Under the pieces are notes generated by a model. The model was not told the origin of the DNA. It did not search any database and saw only the letters and a program-made list of their open reading frames with translations. Position numbers and translations under genes: made by a program. From contig OZ249436.1 of the NCBI GenBank assembly GCA_965235115.1, positions 26,536,001 to 26,600,000 of the forward strand: 64,000 bases of DNA. The letters are read 5' to 3'. Positions 59,306 to 64,000 of this stretch are shown here, piece after piece. This DNA comes from Laetmonice hystrix. Lineage: Eukaryota. Each line of letters begins with the position of its first letter. Positions within the stretch are counted from its first letter, which is position 1.

Positions 59306-62300
59306 CTAAGAAAGTTCAAGCTCTTTCAGGAATTGTTTTTTCATGTGTTTTTTAAATGAATGAGTTGAGGTGTAGAGTGTGATGTTGGGATTAGTTATGA
59401 TTTTATTAAATTCAGATGGTCCTTGGAACATAATTGACCGCTGTGCTAATGATGTTGTGGTTTGAGGTAGTTGAAACGTATTGGATTGCCTTGTTGTATA
59501 CTTAGAAATTGTGTGACGTCTGCTGAAGAGATCTTGTATTACTGGAGGTAGTAATCCATGGTAGACTTTGAACATAAAGGTTAGTACTGATAATAGGTAG
59601 ATATAACTGAGTGGAAGTATCTTTGATTTAATGAAAAGAGGTTTCGTGTGGGCTCTAGCTTTTTCACTATAGATGAGCCTTATGGCTGTTTTTTGAATTT
59701 TGATAAGAGGATTCAGAATATTACAATTTGCCTTTCCCCATATTAATATACCTGAACTAAAATAAGGATATAGGAAGGAATAATAAAGTTGAATCAGAGT
59801 TCTAGTGTATAAAGTTTGTCTAGCCTTCCGTAATATCCCGATCGATTTAGATAGCTTGTTACACAACATTTCGACATGCATGCGCCATGACATATCCTCT
59901 TCAATTACATATCCAAGAAATTTAGTCGATTTAGTTTGTTGTATAGTTTTGCCATTTATTTCTAGGCTAAGGGGTGTCGTGTTCTTTTGATTACCGAAGA
60001 GAATGAAGTGAGATTTATCATGATTTAGGGATAGTTTATTGGCATTAAGCCAATCCATAATTTTGTCAAGTTCTTGGTTTATTTTCTGCGACGGATTTTC
60101 AATTTTGGGGAAGCTATGAAAGAAGTTACTGTCATCTGCAAATAGAGCAGGCTCCAAAATTGGAGAAACAGTAGGTAAATCATTAATATAGATGATGAAG
60201 AAGAGGGGTCCCAGGATGCTTCCCTGTGGGACGCCTGTGGATATATTCTGGTTATGTGAATTGGAACTGAGGCAGTGTACATATTGTTTTCTGCCATAAA
60301 GATAACTTTCAATCCATTTAAGGGCTATACCACGAATACCATACATTTCAAGTTTAAATAATAGGATATTAAAGTTAATTGTGTCAAAAGCCTTAGAAAA
60401 ATCGAGGAAAATTCCTATTGTATTTAAGTTACTTTCTTTAGCTTTTGCCAGTTCAGAAGTCAATGTAGTAAGTGCCATTTCTGTGGAATGATTGGTCCTG
60501 AACCCAAACTGCTTTTGGTGAATGATATTGGATTTCTTAATAAAGTTTTGTAACCTACTGTAAATCACTCGTTCAAAGAGTTTGGATATCGTTGTCAGTA
60601 ACGAAATGGGCCTGTAGTTATTGTAATAATGTTTATTTTTTGCTTTATAGAGAGGCTTAACCTTTGCTATCTTTAGTTCTTCGGGGAAAACACCTTGACT
60701 AATTGAAAGATTAAGGACATGAGTTAAAGGGACAGTTATACAATTTAAAATATTAACTATTACAGCCTTGTTTATATTATCCCATCCTGCAGCACAGTCC
60801 TTAAGATTTATGATTAATTTTCGAGTTTTCTCCTTTGTTACTGGATGAAGGTAGATAGTGGATGTATTTCTGACTGATAGGAAGTCAGAAAAATGCTTGT
60901 CAGATTTAGGGATTTTATCAGCAAGTGAGGGTCCAACATTTACAAAATAACTATTAAAATTGTTTACAATTGCTAATGGGTCATTCTCCACATTTCCGTT
61001 TTCATCCTCGAAATAAGAGGGATAACCTGCAGATTTATTTTTGCCTATTATTTCATTTAAGATTTGCCAATAGAATTTCATGTTTTTAGAATTATCCAGT
61101 AAGATCTGATTGTAGTGTTGTCTCCTTGCATATTTCATTTGATTGTTAGTAAAACGTTTAAACTGTTTGTATGCTTTCTTGTCTGCGTCCGTTCCTGTTC
61201 TTTTTGCTAATATATCGGGTGGATAAAAAAAAACGCCCCGAACTTTAAACTCCAATATTTCAAAAAGTTTTGATTGTAATTCAATGAAATTTTTCTTACT
61301 ATCACTTTATGATGTTGTCTCTTAGTTGTTAATGTTACAACTCAATAGCTTGGATAATATTTCCGTAGCGCTGAAAACAAAAATCATTGTACAAAAGCGC
61401 AATGCCGGCCTAAAGCGAGTGGTAGTCGCACCAGAGTCCCTGGCCTCACACTAGAGTAGGTGTTAATCGGTCCCCCGTTTTCACTTCATACTGCTCTCAG
61501 TCTCTTTTTACATCGCCAAAGCACTTCCTGATCTATGATAGGGAATTATCTTCCCATTATTGGGAAATAAGCAGCGTTCTGAACGTGTTGCTAAACGTGA
61601 TAATGATACGATTTCCCTTAAACTTCTGCTTACAGTCATATCGTCCTAATGTTGCAGTTTCTCTGTAGGGTTTGGCACATTAAACATCTGGGTTTCTCTA
61701 GAAGTACTAGGAATAGGACATAATTTATTATATCTAGTGGTTCACAACATTATACATATTGTAAAACATGCAAAAACTAAATATTGAAAATGTTTTTACC
61801 CAAAGTACAATGCGGTCATCAAACAGGTATCAAATTGGACACCTGGCAGCTGCATGATATTTGACCTAATTCCGGCATTGTGTTTTTAGACACTGATTTT
61901 TGTTTTTAGCGCCACGGGATTAATATCAAAGCTATTGAGCGGAAACGTTAACATACAAGAGATAATATCATGAAGTTATATTAAGAGAAATTTTATTGAA
62001 TTATAATGCAAAGTTATTGAAATATTAAAGTTTAAAGTTCGGGGCGTTTTTTTTTATCCACCCGATATATAGGTTATTTTTTTGTTTGATCATATTGCTT
62101 AAATTCTCGTCAATCCATGGGAGTTTAGATAAGTATCTGTTCTTCTTTCTTTTAAGTGGGAATGCTTTTATAAAGTTATCTGTCAAGATTTTATGCAGTG
62201 CGCTATACGATTTCTGAGCACCTTGTAAGTCTGTTACACAATTCCAGGAGACAACTTTTATAGAATTTATAAAACAGGCATAATTCTTTTTAGTCATTTG

Positions 62301-63269
62301 TCTTTGAGATTGTGGAATGGGTGTATGTTTTAGTTCGTTCTGGATGGTTATATATAGGGGGTAATGATCAGAAATGTCAGATAGTACTATTCCAGAGGAT
62401 TTTATGGACAAATACTTATTTGTTATAATATTATCAATAAGCGTATTAGAGTTCCCACAAGATCTTGTAGGATTCATTATCACAGGCATAAAACAATTAG
62501 AAATATTTGTGTTTAGGAACTGTTCAGATAAGAGACTTTTGGATTTCAGGTCTATATTAAAATCTCCACAGATATAACAGTCAGCACTACTCAGATATTC
62601 TATTATATTTTCGTAGTTCTCTATGAAGGTATGAGAGTCGCCATCTGGTGGACGGTATATACAACCAATGATTAGATCTTTGCCTTTTTGAACCTCCTTC
62701 TTATCAATTTTGATAAATATTGACTCAATATGGTTTGTGCTGTGAGTCAGGGAGTCAAGTACAGTGAAGCTGATGTTGTTTGTAATATAAATGGTTACAC
62801 CTCCACCTCTCTTGTGCTTCCTGTAGTTGTGGACTGCTGTGTATTCAGGGTAATCGTACACTAAATGGTTTTCCTTAGTTATCCAAGATTCGGCTATACA
62901 CAGGAATGAGAATCTCGACCTTGTCTTGTGAATTAGTGCATCAATTTCATGGAAATGCTTGACAAGACTTCTTGCATTCATGTAGAAGATAGATACATGA
63001 TCATTAAATTTTGTGTTTGCCCATCCATTCATGACACTTTGTAATTCAATCTCTGTGATATAAGGTGTATCTACAAGTTTACAGTCATGATTAGAATTGA
63101 GATCAGGGTCAATGTCACTGAATACATCTACACAGTTGTCTGGGGTTGAATTCCCATTATTCAACCAATCTAATAAAACAAAGTCTTTCCCAGGAGAAAT
63201 AGAGGTTGCCATTTCATCAAAGTCCAGCTCCTCTGCATATGTAAATGGGAGTTCGTTCGTAGCTGTCAA
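59306..63269 (-). pseudogene. LINE ORF2 (endonuclease 62025-63269, RT 59306-61255) split only by a MITE
   Basis: EN: YMNARSL, IAESW, RGGGV, IYRPP, GDFNIDL, TLIDNI, SDHYP. RT: NYRPISLL, QFGFR, LDFSKAFD, GVPQGSILGP, FADDS, KFLG. Removing 61215-62065 plus one TA restores ..KNNLY-I-LAKRTG.. in frame. Confidence 0.92.
61215..62065. mobile_element. 851-bp TA-flanked non-autonomous Tc1/mariner-like element, termini TCGGGTGG..CCACCCGA
   Basis: ~50-bp TIRs (tcgggtggataaaaaaaaacgccccgaactttaaac..); TA duplication; same terminal octamer as the MITE at 17932. Confidence 0.9.
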
Positions 63270-64000
63270 CTGCTAAACAATATTTTCAACTCACAATTTA
63301 CAATGTAACTTGTAATAGTCAAGCCAATCAATGCATCATACCTATTTGTGCTTATTAGAAAATCTTTCTTTTTGACAAAGAAGTACTTGTTATACCACGT
63401 CTTACCATCATACATATACGTTTCAAGGCCAACTATATTGGCAAGCAATACCGAGCAACCGTGAATTGTCACGTGCATAATGAGTAACATCTGGGGATAC
63501 ATTCACAATGCAATGAGTAACATCAATATATATGTTCACAATGAAGTAAGTAACATTGGTATATATGTTCACAATGAAATACATATAAATACATATTATT
63601 ACACAATGGTTCATAGTGTAAGTACGAGGAAATGAATTAGTATAAATAAATGTTAACATAATATCTGAGACAGAAGCCTAATGAGTGTTTGGGTGACACT
63701 GCGACGCAAATAGGCAAGCAATTTTTGACAAGATGATTTATTACCTAATAATCTGGCAAAAGTGAACTGTTCCGAGAAACTGGCAGACTCATGAGCCAAT
63801 AAGATAGGATAGCTAGTTTTTAAACTGAGTTCTTAAATCCATGAGTAGCTTACCCAGCTTGTTTTGACCCTTGAAAGTGAGATTTTTTAATTCATCGGAC
63901 CATAGAGTACAAGAACCGCCCCAGTGGCCATCACGGGTAGCTTCTACCAGGACCGAGTCATTTGTTCTTAAAAGGGTTGCCATGGGAACATCGTTTTGTT

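Larger units (their letters stand above)
58942..63269 (-). mobile_element. CR1/L2-group (Crack-like) non-LTR retrotransposon, ORF2 plus 3' UTR; 5' end not defined
   Basis: APE endonuclease and RT motifs; 3' stem-loop tataagccgtttcgggctt (59001-59019), AATAAA and (CATT)n-like tail ending ~58942. Confidence 0.9.

Overview
Repeat-dense metazoan (invertebrate-type, spliceosomal-intron) genomic DNA; I found no rRNA, tRNA genes or CRISPR arrays. Main contents: (1) An 11.8-kb CACTA/EnSpm (CMC) DNA transposon, 6101-17878, with an intact 992-aa transposase and a divergently transcribed 6-exon, 316-aa C14orf93/DUF4616-like partner gene reconstructed by hand. (2) A very young 12.1-kb env-bearing Ty3/Gypsy retrotransposon, 18182-30281, minus strand. 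It has apparently identical 914-bp LTRs, a CGAT TSD, a gag/pol -1 frameshift, an integrase chromodomain, an F-type env with an extra membrane module and a GC-rich pol-env interval. Its most unusual feature is a five-fold tandem array of 'LTR end + primer-binding site' cassettes. (3) A 3-exon MADF-BESS gene with a 2.9-kb foldback Mutator-like element (9-bp TSD) inserted just upstream of its ATG. (4) Nine in-frame exons of a host EGF-repeat glycoprotein gene, one of which has its splice acceptor amplified 12 times in frame. (5) A CR1/L2-group LINE whose ORF2 is split by a TA-flanked MITE. (6) Many MITEs, including a CAG..CTG group with 5-bp TSDs. All family assignments come from motif recognition by eye; no database searches were run.
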